Source: the human T2T-CHM13v2.0 reference genome, Homo sapiens
Assembly (NCBI RefSeq): GCF_009914755.1
Contig: NC_060927.1
Strand: one strand, 5' to 3'
DNA: 64,000 nucleotides
This document shows, piece by piece, positions 18,504-32,873 of this stretch. Below the pieces are notes generated by a model. The model was not told where the DNA came from, ran no database searches, and worked only from the letters and a program-made list of their open reading frames with translations. Position 1 is the first letter of the stretch. Every line of letters starts with the position of its first letter. The translations under genes were made by a program, and so were the position numbers.

Positions 18504-20347
18504 TTAAAGAGTGTGCTAGATTGTGTCTAGTAATCTTACACTGTCAATAAATAATGTCTGCAATAGGAACAAAGTAGTGATTAGCTCTTTTGTTTCAGTA
18601 GTGAATGCAGCTGAATTGGTCAAGTCATGCAAGCAGCAATGGAATTGGACTGTGTAGAGGAATAAGAGAGGGAGACTTAGGATTGGTAATGTTGACAATC
18701 TTACTGAAGAGTTTAGAAGGAAACACAAAATCAGGAAAATGGTAGCACATGTAAAATTTGTTTTAGGTAGAAGAAACTGCGTAATTGACTTTGAAATGTT
18801 CCTCCACAGGTGGGGGAAGTGGCCATAGTAAAGACTGGCATTAGGTTGACTAGAGAAGGATGCGGTACAGTTTCCTGTCTTGGCTTTTGTTTGTTTCAGG
18901 GAAGAAAGAGACAAAGAGTAAGGATAGAAGAGGGAAATACAGAGTTGTGTTTGTGGTAAAAGAGTAAAATAGTCATTTTGAAGGGTGATGGGTTGAATTG
19001 AGAAAATAAACATGGTCTATTTTTTTTAGGCAGCATCAGGAGTTCATTTGACAGTAAGGACAATGAATTTATACTGGCACAAATGTAGGCAATCACATAT
19101 TCTACTTGTTTTCTTGTTTAATATAAATGGCCATGCATTTTGGGTTGGTTGGTAAATGGTGTTTGTGATGAAAACATCTGTTTCCTTTTTTTCTACTCTC
19201 TTAAGAGAAAAACCATTTAAAGAAAATTTAAATTACCTTGCATTTGAAAAGAACACATGAATAAGCTTACATAAACATTTTCTCTGTTGGGGAATACTTC
19301 CTAATGAATCACATCCTTTGTCTACAGGGTAAAAGGAAAGAACATTATCTGACTAATAAGGAAGAAGGAGTTCTTTGTGAATCTATAATAATAAGCATAG
19401 ATATTTGTCAGTCTAAACTTACCTTGTTGAGCCTCTATAATTAGTATATGACTGATGAAGAGAAGAAATATTTGTATATGATGTAATGAAAGGCTTTGTA
19501 AAGTTTATTTGCATAGGGGATGTAGGTGGAAGCCTGGCTCAAATTAATCAGTATTATCTTCAGAACTGATTGCATTCCACTTCGGAGAATAAATGACATG
19601 ACATCCTGTGGTTCCTTTGAATTCTGTACATTACATGAAAGGGGCCATATTATTGCTGTGTTAAATAATATCTGACTTGTAATTAAAAATGAATGTAGGT
19701 TTTTAATGACTTCTTTTGTCTTCTTTTTTGTGCAGAGAAAACTTCTGAAGCTCATTTTTAACATTTGCTATTCAATTTATAGATTTATAAGTGTAGTTCA
19801 TCTCTAGGTCTCTTTCATTACTGAAATTATTTTTAAAATGGGAAATTTTAGCAATTATTTTAAGGGCTTGTGAATTTTTTAAATCTTGTTTATAAATGTA
19901 AAACATTTTTAAATATTTTTAAATTTATTTATAAACCTTTATAACTTATTTTTTGAGTGCTTCAAATTTAGGATGGTAAATCTTTTCTGCATATCTAAGT
20001 AACTTTTATAAATCTAATTAACAAAAATAGTGGCCCTAAAATGCATCTAGTTGTTCCAAAATAATATATAAATACTAAAATATCAATTTAAAATACCATG
20101 TCAAAATCAAGCAAATAATTACATATTTTAAGTTTGAAATTATGAAACCATCATTCCAATTCACTAGGAATTCCAAATGTAATATATTTTATTTCACTTA
20201 AGTTCTTTAGTGTCTGCATCTACAAACAAAATTTCCCTGATAATTTTATTTTTGTAAGAACAATCAATATGGTGAATCCAAAAGCTTTGCCAAATGTTTC
20301 AATACTGTTTATATTAGTAAGAAATTTAAAATCAAATATCTGTTTCA

Positions 20348-20687
<340 letters not shown>

Positions 20688-21642
20688 TGAAACTTTCTCT
20701 CATAAGTGAAGTTCTCTTAAATATTACAAGTATGTAGATTTCCAACACAGATTGGTTCCTTTCCAATGCCAAACAATCTTTACTAGGATTTCAAATTTTT
20801 AAAATATTTCTATGCTTAATCGGAAATCCTGCTGAGGCTAAGGAGATGTGTACACATTATGAAAGCAATGACTATCTGGTAACTGAAGATACTCACAATA
20901 CCAAATACTTAATTCTAAATCTTACTGCTGAGGAAGATAATGTCATCCTACAGGACTATGATTTATTATGACCAGAAATCTTTGCCAGGATTTTGACTGA
21001 TCTTTTTAGATTGTATTTTTTCTGAGCTACTAATAAAAACTTATGTAGAACTTTTGTGTCGGAGACCCTCAGACCTCAAGGAGGAAGTTACACAACTCAT
21101 TCCCTGGAGTTACTTGGAACAGATTTTCTAATTCTCCTGTCTAATCACAGAACTCTGCCCTCCCACCTACATTGGTCCTTTGTCTGTATGTCAAATGCAT
21201 TATTTTAGCTCTTAAGAAACATATGTGTATTTTCCAACTAAATCTTAAAATTTCATTGGAATATCAATGAATGTCTTTTCCATCTAACTTTAAAGAACTT
21301 TGAACTTTATAGAATTTTTTGTTTTTTCATGTTCTTAATACCACAAAACACTTACAGGTATTAATATCATAAGTATTGGCATTTGGATATCTCTTATAGC
21401 TTTATCTGACTTGGGTTTGAAAATTATAAGGTCATTCTATTGGCATTTATTTAATTATTGCTTATGACATTTTATGTTGATTGATCCCTACATTTTTGGC
21501 TTTTGGAAATAAAGACGGCTATGATTTTGTCTGTAATGGCGCAAACGCATTGCCATTCATTGACATATGAATGTACTTCAAGTTTAAAAGATGTCCTGTT
21601 TCTCTTGATCATCGGAAATCTCAGAACTGACAGCACCAGGCA

Positions 21643-21712
21643 TGTGTGTTTGTGTGTGTGTGACAGAGAGTGAGAGAGAGAGGGAGAGCGAGAGCAAGAG
21701 AGAGAGAGAGAG
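21643..21712. repeat. Compound (TG)n-(GA)n microsatellite
   Basis: Read directly from the sequence. Confidence 0.85.
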
Positions 21713-22229
21713 GTTAAAAAAAAAAAAACACCCCAGAACATAGTAAAGTGACAGAAACAAATTAAAGATGAATTAAATTTCATCCAAACTTTAAATATGG
21801 TCATTCTGCATCTTTGAGAAAGTTGGGTAGCTTATTCTAGGAAGATCATATTGTAGAAAGGATCTTTCCTATTAATGTACTAATACCTGATTAGTACATT
21901 AACATAATTTTGAAGAAATGAAATGAATAAAGTACTTGATTTTAATGCATGATATGCAGGTGTATATAAGAACTTTGCTAATAGTTGTCTTTTTGAAACA
22001 GTAGTAGATGTTTCCAGGTGTGCACAGGTATGTGCGAATATCAGAGATTAAAATAGAAACTGAACCAACAAGCTGTGCTATCATTGAAAATGTATTTGTT
22101 TAAAGACTATGTGACACTTAGGAGGCATTTTAATGCAGTATTTTATGTATGCGATTATTTACATAGGTTTAAGTGTTTTTTATTTGACTTCCATAAAATT
22201 TAGATTTGTTGCAATCTTATTTTTACCCT

Positions 22230-22719
22230 TGAGGGAAGAGAGACCCTCTCATATTGTTTTATATTGTTTTATACTCAGTACCTGTTTTAAGAAAAAAACA
22301 AGGAAGTGAAATCAAAGACAGGCAGCCCGGTGCCAGGCCCAAAACCAGACCCAAAACCAGGCCTGGGCCTGTCTGGCCTAAACCTAGTAGTTAAAAATCA
22401 ACTCATGACTTAGAACCCGATGTTACCCATAGATTTCAGGCATTGTATGGAAGAACATTGTGAAACTCCCTGCTCTGTTCTGTTTCACTCTGACCACCGG
22501 TGCATGCAGCCCCTGTCACATACCCCTTGCTTGCTCAAATCAATCACGACCCTTTCTTGTGAAATCTTCAGTGTTGTGAGCCCTTAAAAGGGACAGAAAT
22601 TGTGCACTCAGGGAGCTCGGATTTTAAGGCAGTAACTTGCTGATGCTCCCCGCTGAATAAAGCCCTTCCTTCTACAACTCGGTGTCTGAGGGGTTTTGTC
22701 TGTGGCTCGTCCTGCTACA
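22230..22719 (+). mobile_element. LTR15 solo LTR (ERV1, HERV15 / HERV-I related)
   Basis: TG...CA termini (tgagggaagagagaccctctc ... cgtcctgctaca), AATAAA near 22656, 4-bp TSD ccct on both sides, 490 bp. Confidence 0.88.
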
Positions 22720-23306
22720 CCCTTAATAGTTTCTGAGTCTTGGAAAGGAAAGGGAGGGAATATCCAAATATCTTCAACGGGGTTCTTGGACTTCTAATAA
22801 ACAGTTAAAATCTTACACACAAGGTATTTAAAGCATACAGATGATTCTACATTTGTCCTAACAGATCATAGTGCCATGAATATTTGTCCATTAACGAACA
22901 TCCCTTACGTGTAAGAACATTTTGCCACTGTGCTTTTAGTCATCTCCTCTTTTCACATACTGTGCCCTGGAATAGTCTCTCCCTTTTCGTTTGTAAGGGG
23001 TCTTCTTGAGCCTAAAGCTTTTATTGGGCCTCACTTTTTGCTGCTTTGTTCCTTCACCAGTTCTGGGCCTTTTTGCTGAGTTGACTACAGGTTGAAAAAG
23101 GGAGAAAGCACAACCCCAAAGCTTCTGACCTATGAGTAACAAGATTACTGAATTTCCCTTAGTCCTGCTGAGGGCTGATCCTCTACTCTGTAAAGACCAT
23201 GGCTGGAGAAGACCTAACATTGACTCCAGCTCACTTGGATTTTTCAGTCTTTGATGATGGAAGCCTGAAATGCAGAGCTTATACCCTAACCAATTCTTCA
23301 TCGTCC

Positions 23307-23337
<31 letters not shown>

Positions 23338-23378
23338 ACACCAAAAAACCAAACCAAAACAAACCAAAACAAAAAAAC
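23307..23378 (+). repeat. A29 tract followed by (CAAAA)-like A-rich repeat
   Basis: Read directly from the sequence. Confidence 0.9.
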
Positions 23379-24227
23379 ACTGCCACCTCTTTATGACCAA
23401 CCATAGTTTTGGTTTAAGCCTTCCAGAAGCACTTATCTACTTAATCCACAATTATATTTTAGTATCATGCTAAGCATGGAGTTAATATCAAGGAGCAAAT
23501 GGCCTCTGGCCTTTTGGAATCCACATTATCTTGGAACTATGTGAAGATTGTCTTCGGATCACTTTGCCCTGCTGTGCTTCCCCTCCACCCCATGCATTTT
23601 GTCTTTTCTACCTCCTTCCCTATTGTTTTGTAAAGTTACATCACGATGTTGAGTGGTGGTGTTTTACACCCCAATGTCCCATAAACAAATACTTTTAATA
23701 CCCTTTTGTTGGTGCTAATTTGTAAGTGACCATTGTATACACCACAGTAAGTACCTGTAAAGTTGGGAGACAAAGAAAAGAGAATTGTATTGTTCTCATG
23801 CTGAGACAGGGCAGCATTAAACTCCTCTGTAACCTCTTTTCTGTATTTCTGTTTTAACAAGGGTAGATACAGAAAATAGCAGCAAAGGAAGATGTGGGGT
23901 CAGAGAACAAGGACCAAAGCTGGAACCAAGTTATCACGAAGTGGGTGAATGTAAGCATTCTTCCCTCAAACATCTGTGTTCTTCAGCTTGTCCCACTTCA
24001 CCCTTTCCAAAGAAGCACAGGTTTTTAAATAGAAGAGAAGCAATGTTGAATAAAGAGTATATCAGAACTCTCCATAATTCATATAACCTCCAGACAAGTT
24101 TTCAGATTTATTGGTCAGAAAACACATGGTGACATTCACTACTTTTTTTGTTATTATTGTAAAGATTTCTGTGAGAATGTGGGACTCAGTCAAACTTTGT
24201 AGGGAGAAATAAGTCACAGTCACAGAG

Positions 24228-24680
24228 ATTCATTCATTCATTCATTCATTCATTCATTCATTCATTCAACACATAGCTTTTGTTTCTATTATGCCCCACT
24301 GTCCTAGGCTCTGGGGATTAAACAGTGACCAAAAATGACAGGTGTTTAGCCTCATGGAGCTTAAAGCATATTGAAGGTGACAGAAAAAACTCATAGGAAT
24401 GTGCAATGTGCATAAATAAAATACTCTGGGATAAGTGCCATGACTAAAATACACAGAGGGCTGACATATAGTTGCATGTTGTGTAAGAGGGACTTGCGTT
24501 AGGTAAGGTGTCTAGGTTAGCTGTCTCTGAGGAAACTGCATTTCAACTGGGACCTAAAAGATTACAGTGAGGTCAGAGAGTGTCCTAGGCAGAGATAAAT
24601 AGAATGTGCAAAGGCCTTTAGGTTGAAAAATTCCTAAGCTGTTTGAAAAACTGATAGGGGCCAAGTTGCAGGTGAAACGG
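24228..24680 (-). mobile_element. L2 3' end with expanded (TTCA)n tail
   Basis: About 10 ATTC units followed by antisense L2 (ctaggctctggggattaaacagtgaccaaaa...cctcatggagctta). Confidence 0.75.
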
Positions 24681-26056
24681 ATGTGAGAGCAAGTCAAGCT
24701 ATTTCCATTTTATTACAAACCACACATAAGGTCTTTAAATGTTCCAGAATTTTGATTTCTTTTATTACCTGGGAGAGAATGTAATTTTATTTTCATCAAA
24801 TCTTGTTTTTATAAACTCCTGTTACATTTTGTTTTCATCTGAGAAAGCTGACTATATAGTGCCCCCGTGTGGCACAGTGCCATGTTACATGATTAATACA
24901 GTACAATCTTTGAGGCATGATTTTAGCAAAATTCTTTTACACGTTTTCAGTTAATCTAAGTCACCTCTAGCTGCTCTCACTCAAACATAGAATCTTATTT
25001 ATTTTTATTGTTGTGTTTTACTACTTTCTCACATTCCACTGTGGAATGGACATGAGCTGGGAGCACAGACTCCAGTGGCCTCAGGAGCCAGGCAGATTGA
25101 GAGCAAAAATGAGTGAGGCCAGACCAGATCTGAAACACTAAAAGACTCTGGGAGATTTGGAGACACAAGTTATAGAGAAAGACTTTCAATTTTATGTATT
25201 TACTTTATAAATAAGTAATGCCAAAATAAATAGCCTTGGGGACCATTGTATTTTTCAGTCTCTGTCCCCAGATTTCTACTTTTAGCAAATGTACATTGTT
25301 AATTTCTCAGTCAACACCATAAATGCTCTGTATCCTTTTGTACATTTTGACTATTTTAGAACTGATTATTTTGTGCATCAAGTTGTCTATTTCTGTTTCC
25401 AAGTTCAATATTTTGCCACAGGTTTATTTTGGAAAGTATTTCAGGAATCTTTGCTGCTCAAAACCAAGCACTCTGTAGCTGGTGGTGGTTTCTTTCCTCC
25501 TCTCCCTTCCTCTCTCTTCCTCTTCTTTCTTAAGGCTTGAGCCATTTTTCAGTAGAAGAGTTTTATTTTTATTTTTATTTTTTATTTATTTATTTTTGAC
25601 AAATTACTGCCAGTATGCTTTATGGAATGCAGCTGTTGAACTTCATTTCCTGCTTTTCTTTGCATTAAAGTAGTCCCAAAATTTTTTCCCGAGGAAGTCT
25701 TCACTTTGACTGCCAGCACTGCTTGTATACCTTTCAAGTCAGAAATTGAGTGATCTGTTCAGGCCCATCTTTATCCAGCTCCTGCTTTTCATATGAGGAT
25801 GTTTGTGCTACATGCAATTTTGTTGACTTTTGGAGTGTAAAGCTTTGTTCGTAAATGAAAACATAGAATTACAGCTTTCCCGGTCCTTGTCAGGGACTAT
25901 AATCACAAATTCACTGCAGCTTGATACTTTTCAGACACATGGATAAGATAAATAATATTTATGGAAGATGGCCTGGAGGAAACGAAGCCATCCATTCTGC
26001 CATGTAATCTAAAATCTATTTCAAGATGAAGTGAGACCATCAAAAAATGCCTAACT

Positions 26057-26468
<412 letters not shown>

Positions 26469-27705
26469 TCATATTGGTGTTTCTCCCAAATAACTAGAAT
26501 ATATCACGTATGGTCTTGTTACTGGTTACATTTCCTCCTTTGTGCATGTTAATTGGAAAACTCAAAGTCAAATTTGTGCTCTGCCCTGACTCAGTGCATG
26601 ATTCGTCAAAGTATCCATTTGTTCATTGACCACATTTCTGACACCATCTTGCTTCCCTATTTTTGTATTTCCTAAAGGTTCTTTCTAAAGAGTTTAAATA
26701 TTTTATATTTGCAAGCAACTTAAATGCATTTGGAACAGAAGTGATATATAAGTAACAACCATAGGATCTCTATCGATGCTGTACTTAATTATAGGTACAT
26801 AATTCCTGGCTGAACAGTCTGTAACCTAAATAAGTAAGAATTAATACACTGTATAATTCCTCAAGAGCTGAAACCTCCCCCCAGATAAATTTTATAAGCC
26901 ATGCTAATCCTATTTCTCAGTGTACAAAGGTTGAACTTGTGGACTAATAATGCATTAATATTCCTCATGAAAAATATAGCTAAATAGGGAGAGAGGAGAT
27001 GAAAAGAACCAAAAATATTCTTTTAAGGATAATATTTGATCCTCTGCATCCGTTCATTAAAGCTAATATTCATTCTCCATTTCTCTCTGTCTGTCTTGTT
27101 CTATGAAAAGACCTAACCTGCACTCAACATGTGTGTGACATTAATAGATGTTAGTGATACAGAGATTGCCGTCAGTGGAGATTGACAGCACTGTGGAGGT
27201 GAGAACCAGTCTTGCTTACCACCCAGGATCTGGATCTCTGGTCTGCTTTGTCATGCAACACAATCCTTCTGGGATTTGTGCGTGATGACAAGCCTCAGCG
27301 ATAATTATATTAAAATGCTTTTAACTTAGTGTAAACATAATTTAATAAGATGTAGATGTTCCGATAGGCTAGCCTTGAATCCAGTCTTGAGACCAGAGAC
27401 AATATGCCTGCGTGCATGATGTATGTCTGGAAAGCATGTACATTCTTCAACCCCAGTTAATTTCTACTAAGAAGTGTGTTAGTCTCTGATCTAATAATCT
27501 AATCTGCAGATTACTACATTTTTATTACAATAAAGAACTCCTGGGCTTTTAAAATATCAGTAAGGTTATCTTACCTGGAATATTAAATATTATTGAAGTT
27601 ACAACTTTGGAGAAATTATATTCTTAATGAATATGGTTATATTATACCTGTTTGTTATTAGAGTAGCCCTCAAAGTTGGTGATTTATCAGTGCATTGCTG
27701 CTGAA

Positions 27706-27830
27706 TAACAATAGCTTTATTGAATGTCTGCTTGATACTGAGCATTGTATTAGAGGCTTTTCATATATTATCTCATTTAGTCATCGTAAAACATTTTATG
27801 GAATGTATTGTCAACACTTTGTGAATGAAA
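27706..27830 (-). mobile_element. MIR fragment
   Basis: tttattgaatgtctgcttgatactgagcattgtattagaggcttttcatatattatctcattta. Confidence 0.6.
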
Positions 27831-28269
27831 AGTGGAGTAAATTGTTTGCATTCCCGTAGGTGGGCAGGTTTTTTATGCTAAAAAAAAGAAAATGGTTGCA
27901 TTCACATCTCTTAACCTATATGCACACTTCCTTTGCACAGTGGGGTTTGGCAAAGCTCTATCTTCTGCTAGTGATAGAGCAATTCTGATTGAAATCATAC
28001 CATTTTAGATAAACAAAATTAAAATTAAACTTATATTTGTGCAACTTGAAAATTGTGAATTTTTCCTGCAGTGACAGGAAGACACACATCATGATTGACA
28101 CTCAGGTTTATGTTTTAGAGTAGGAAACAGATAGTGATAAGCCAGAAAAATGAGTTTGTACATAAACTGCAAATATTTTTACTTAATATAGTAAGCAGTA
28201 AATGATTAGTCAATGTTTTTGATCATATGAATGATAATTTATACATGGGAATATTGCAGCCCTTATGCA

Positions 28270-28860
28270 CTGCAGATGAGATTATGGATTGTCACACTAG
28301 TTAAAAAAACAATATGGAATTATACAATATATTTTAAGGCGATTCATAGGTGAATCACAACCTATGATCCATCCATTTGACCCCTAAAAAGCTAGCAAGG
28401 AAGCTTAGACACATGTGCATCAGGGCACACAGGAGCATCCATGGCAGCTGTGTCTACGGTAACGGGGCACTGAAGATTGACAGGAGAGTAAGTTAACAAA
28501 TCGTAGCATGTTTACAAATAGAATACTCCACAGCATTGTGAATGAGGGAACGGAATTGTAAATGTTAACAAGATTAATCTCAGGAACACAATGTTGAATG
28601 AAAATAGCACACCACAGAAAGTTACATACTTCTTGAGTATACTTGAATAAGGTTCAAAGCATGCAACGCTAAACAACATATTAGAGGCACATATGATGGT
28701 ACAACTATTAATAAAAATAAAGAAGAATTAAAAACCACACAAGATACAGGATAATGGTCATCTCTTTGGGGGAGAGAGTTCTCAGGATGAGGGACCCTAA
28801 GAGTTTTGGCAACTTCTTATTTTGAGCTGGGTAGCTAGGTGGTGTGTGTAAGGAGCCCCC
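28270..28860 (+). mobile_element. L1ME-like 3' fragment
   Basis: cctatgatcc...tagaatactccacagca...aatctcaggaacacaatgttgaatgaaaatagc, typical of the ancient L1 3' region. Confidence 0.65.
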
Positions 28861-28878
28861 TTTTCCGTTTAATCTTAG

Positions 28879-29243
<365 letters not shown>

Positions 29244-29716
29244 ACAAGCGTTCCTTTAGTGTATATGTATTAAATATTCCAACAAGGACAAAAAATATTT
29301 AAGGCCTAAATATTTTCTAAGTAAAGTTATTTATATCACACTCTTTACAGAAGCACCTCCTCTTAATTAATTCTTTCCACATATTCTTCTCTGAATTTAA
29401 TTCATAAGAGTTATTGTCCAGTGTTCTGTAACTTGTGCCACTTTTTCATCAAACAAGGAAGATATGTGTGTGTCCCTGCACCCTGGGTGGCCTGCTACAA
29501 ATTTTTCACTCCTGGTACTACATAGTCCCTCTCTGGAAATCAGGTCAGTTGGTAGTCTTCTGTATTTTTGCCTCCTGCCGCAGTGTATTAAAAATGATAA
29601 AAAGATAGGCCTCTTCTTTGTGCTGTAAAATAACCCAAGCATAGCAAAGCTCTGATTAAATGAGTGCAGAATGGTTTTCTGACAGTAGTTGGTAGCTGAT
29701 GCTTGCCATTCCCCAG

Positions 29717-30265
29717 TGTGATGGTTAATAATAAGTGTCAACTTGATTGGATTGAAAGACGCAAATAACTGTTCCTGGGTGTGTCTTTGAGGGTATTGCC
29801 AAAGGACATTAACATTTGAGTTAGTGGACTAGGAGACATAGAACCACCCTCAATCTGGGTGGGCACTGTCTAATCAGCTGCCATTGTGGCTAAGAGAAAA
29901 GCAGGCAGAAGAACTCGGAAGGACTAGACTGGCTAAGTCCTCAGGTCTCCATCTTTCTCCCGTGCTGGATGCTTCATGCCCTCAAACATCAGACTCTAAG
30001 TTCTTCAGCTTTTGGACTCTTGGACTTAACACCAGTGTTTTGCCAGGGGCTCTCAGGTCTTCAGCCACACACTGAAGGGGACACTGCTGGCTTCCCTACT
30101 TTTGCAGTTTGGGGACTCAGACTGGCTTCCTGGGTCCTCAGCTTGCAGATGGCGTATTGGGGGCTTCACCTTATGATCATGTGAGTCAATTCTCCTAATA
30201 AACTCCCTTTCATGTATACATCTATCCTATTAGTCCTGTCCCTCTAGAGAACCCTGACTAATACA
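29717..30265 (+). mobile_element. MLT2A2-like solo LTR (HERV-L)
   Basis: tgtgatggttaata...agagaaccctgactaataca termini, 549 bp, TSD cccag / tccag, AATAAA near 30197. Confidence 0.88.
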
Positions 30266-32749
30266 TCCAGCTAGGAGACACAGTTAAGGTTATAAATACC
30301 ACCCACAGGCTGGTTCTCGTGGCCACTGCCTCTCTTACAGTGTTTATTTCTCCATCGAGTTCTGCAACGGCTGTGTCCTTGCTGTGCTCTCCCTCTTCTC
30401 TCTCCATACCTGATGGCCAGAGCTGTTTCCAGATCTTCTTTGCCTTTATAAATGCCTTCTTCCCTCCTACAGCTGATTCCTTCCAACAGGGCTCAGCAGG
30501 TGAAAGGGAATTCACAGAAGTCTTCTCTAATGAATATTGCTGTGATGCTTTTTGAAATTACTAACATTCCTATCATTTTCATTAAACAGTGAAGATAGAA
30601 GATTAAAGACAACTATTCCTGCAGAAGAGCTCTTCCTTGTTGCCTGCCCATATTTTAAATGTGCAAACCTTGGTGATATATTGATATCCTGTGATGAGTT
30701 TATCCTACATCATTGGTTGAGTTTTCTTCTGTTCTTTCATATTTTATCATGTGTATAATTATTTTTCTCCAGATGAATCTTACACTGTTTGTTATATTTA
30801 CTTGTTCTTATATATATTGCCATATTGCCTAGGCTGAAAAAAAATTGACTTATGCACTTATTTAGTGCCTTATTTGAAAAAAACGACAGTTTCAGTTATT
30901 TGAAACTCTAAAATACATTTTCTTCGTGTCTGTTTTCTATATTTTAAAAATGAAGTACTTTGATATGTATTCATGTCACTATGGTCATAAGTTCCAGTCC
31001 AAAGTTCCTCTAAAGAACCACCTTATCTTACACATCTCAAAGGAATTTAGCTGATGAAATACTTTGAACTAATCAAGGAAGGGATAACATCCTACTTTTT
31101 GTAGACTTTGTTTTCACATGTATATTACACATGGACTATATTATAACAATGTTTGCAAAAATTACTTTTAAGGATATTAATCATGGTTTCTGACAGGTAA
31201 AATGCTGAAATAAGCTTCTTGTAATGGGCGTGAATTATTTTTTGTGGCTTGCAGAATATTGCAGATTAATATCACAGAAAGCATGTCTAGTTCATGCAAC
31301 AATTATTTTCATGCAAATTGTGTGGGGCTTTACAAATAATACATATTTGCTACCACTCTACTTGACAGCAAAGAAAATAAAATAAAAACAATAAATGTTT
31401 GAGAAAAGATCAGGTTCACGTATACTACATATACCACATTATCTTTCATATCATTAGTTGCCTTGCACTTTAAACCTGTGACAAAACATGACAAATTTTA
31501 GAAGGGAAAATATTATTGTAAGATAAATTATATACCTCTGAAGCCTGTATTCCTATAAATTTAGTTGATAAAGCTCAGCTTATTTAGAGTTTTGAAGAGA
31601 TATTTTTCTCTTCAATGAAGAAATCTCCATAATTGAATGATCTAAATTTCAATGATAAAAAGTACTATTAAAAGAAAATATTTATGGAAAAGCTTCCCTT
31701 TAACAATTTTTATGTCCAAAATATGATTTAATTTTTCATGAAATGGGAATATGAATAATCATACATTCTTTTACACACACCTCATAAATTTAAAAGTTCT
31801 CAATCTATTTTAAAAACCTATGTGTGAACAACAATGTCATAGGACATGTTAAGAACTACAGCAGTAAGAAAAAGTGAACAGCCCTTGAAATGGTGTGTAG
31901 GAAAGGACAGGATGTCTTCCAGGAAGAGCTGCCAATTCTGTTTAAAATTAAGAGACAATGGAGTAATGTAAATACTAACTTTACCCTGGAAATTGCAACA
32001 TTTATCATCTAGCATCAAATATGTATGCTAGGACTCACTCATGCACACACAGATGATTTCTGTTCTATAATAAAGTTAATTGGTGAAACAAAATAATGGG
32101 TTTAATTTCTGGCAAAGAAATGCCTGGTTAATCTAAATTAGTAATGTTTGCTTATGGAATTTCATACCCCAATTATTTCATGATGCTGTCCTTGAGATTT
32201 TTTTTTTGTTAAACTGCATGATACACATTTTGCATGAAGTATTTTTAAAACTTAGGGTATCTCCTTATTTTCTGATTAAAGTAAAATTTCTCAGTGTTTC
32301 TGTAAGGACTTTGACAAATATTCTTGCTGCTTTATAAAACAAAATATAAGAACCAGAAATCTTTGTAATCCTTCACTATGTTGATGTCTTTTTATAGCAG
32401 ATTTCTCAGGAATTATTGTTTGTGGTTCCAAATTGAAATTTTCCCTGCATAATCTAACATTCATATCTTCAAATCTGATGTGATAAACTGAACAATCTCT
32501 TTGTAAGTGATATTTTGTAAAGCTCATTCTGTATTTAGGACAAGTGAACATAAAGTCATCACCTTCAAAATAGCTCAGTGGTCATATCTCATGTTAAATT
32601 GACTAGGGAAATTCTAAACATTGAAAGTGTTCAAGTCTGGATTTTTTTCCTTAAGAAATATAACCTTTGGTTATTTATATTTTAAAGAAGCTAGTTTTAT
32701 GAATTAAGCTTTAACTTTGAGATAATTTTATATTCATAGGCAGTTATAA

Positions 32750-32873
32750 GAAATAATACAGAGATATTTTATTGCCACTTGCCTAGCTTCCCCCAGTGGT
32801 CATGTTGGCCAGACTATAGGACAATATCATAACAAAGATGTTGACATTGATATAATCCATTGAACTTATTCAG
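32750..32873 (-). mobile_element. L1MB/MC 3' fragment
   Basis: gcctagcttcccccagtgg...actataggacaatatcataacaaagatgttgacattgatataatcc. Confidence 0.55.

Noticed and set aside
18516-19013. 165-aa minus-strand ORF
   Set aside because: It overlaps degenerate L2, has low-complexity composition and shows no recognisable domain.
19711-19735. Strong acceptor ttcttttgtcttcttttttgtgcAG
   Set aside because: There is no convincing downstream donor or recognisable reading frame.
22936-23400. 154-aa minus-strand ORF
   Set aside because: It is partly read through a poly-T tract (poly-Phe) and resembles no protein I recognise.
27163-27198. 36-nt in-frame candidate exon (RLPSVEIDSTVE)
   Set aside because: There is no adjacent polypyrimidine tract and the peptide is not recognised.
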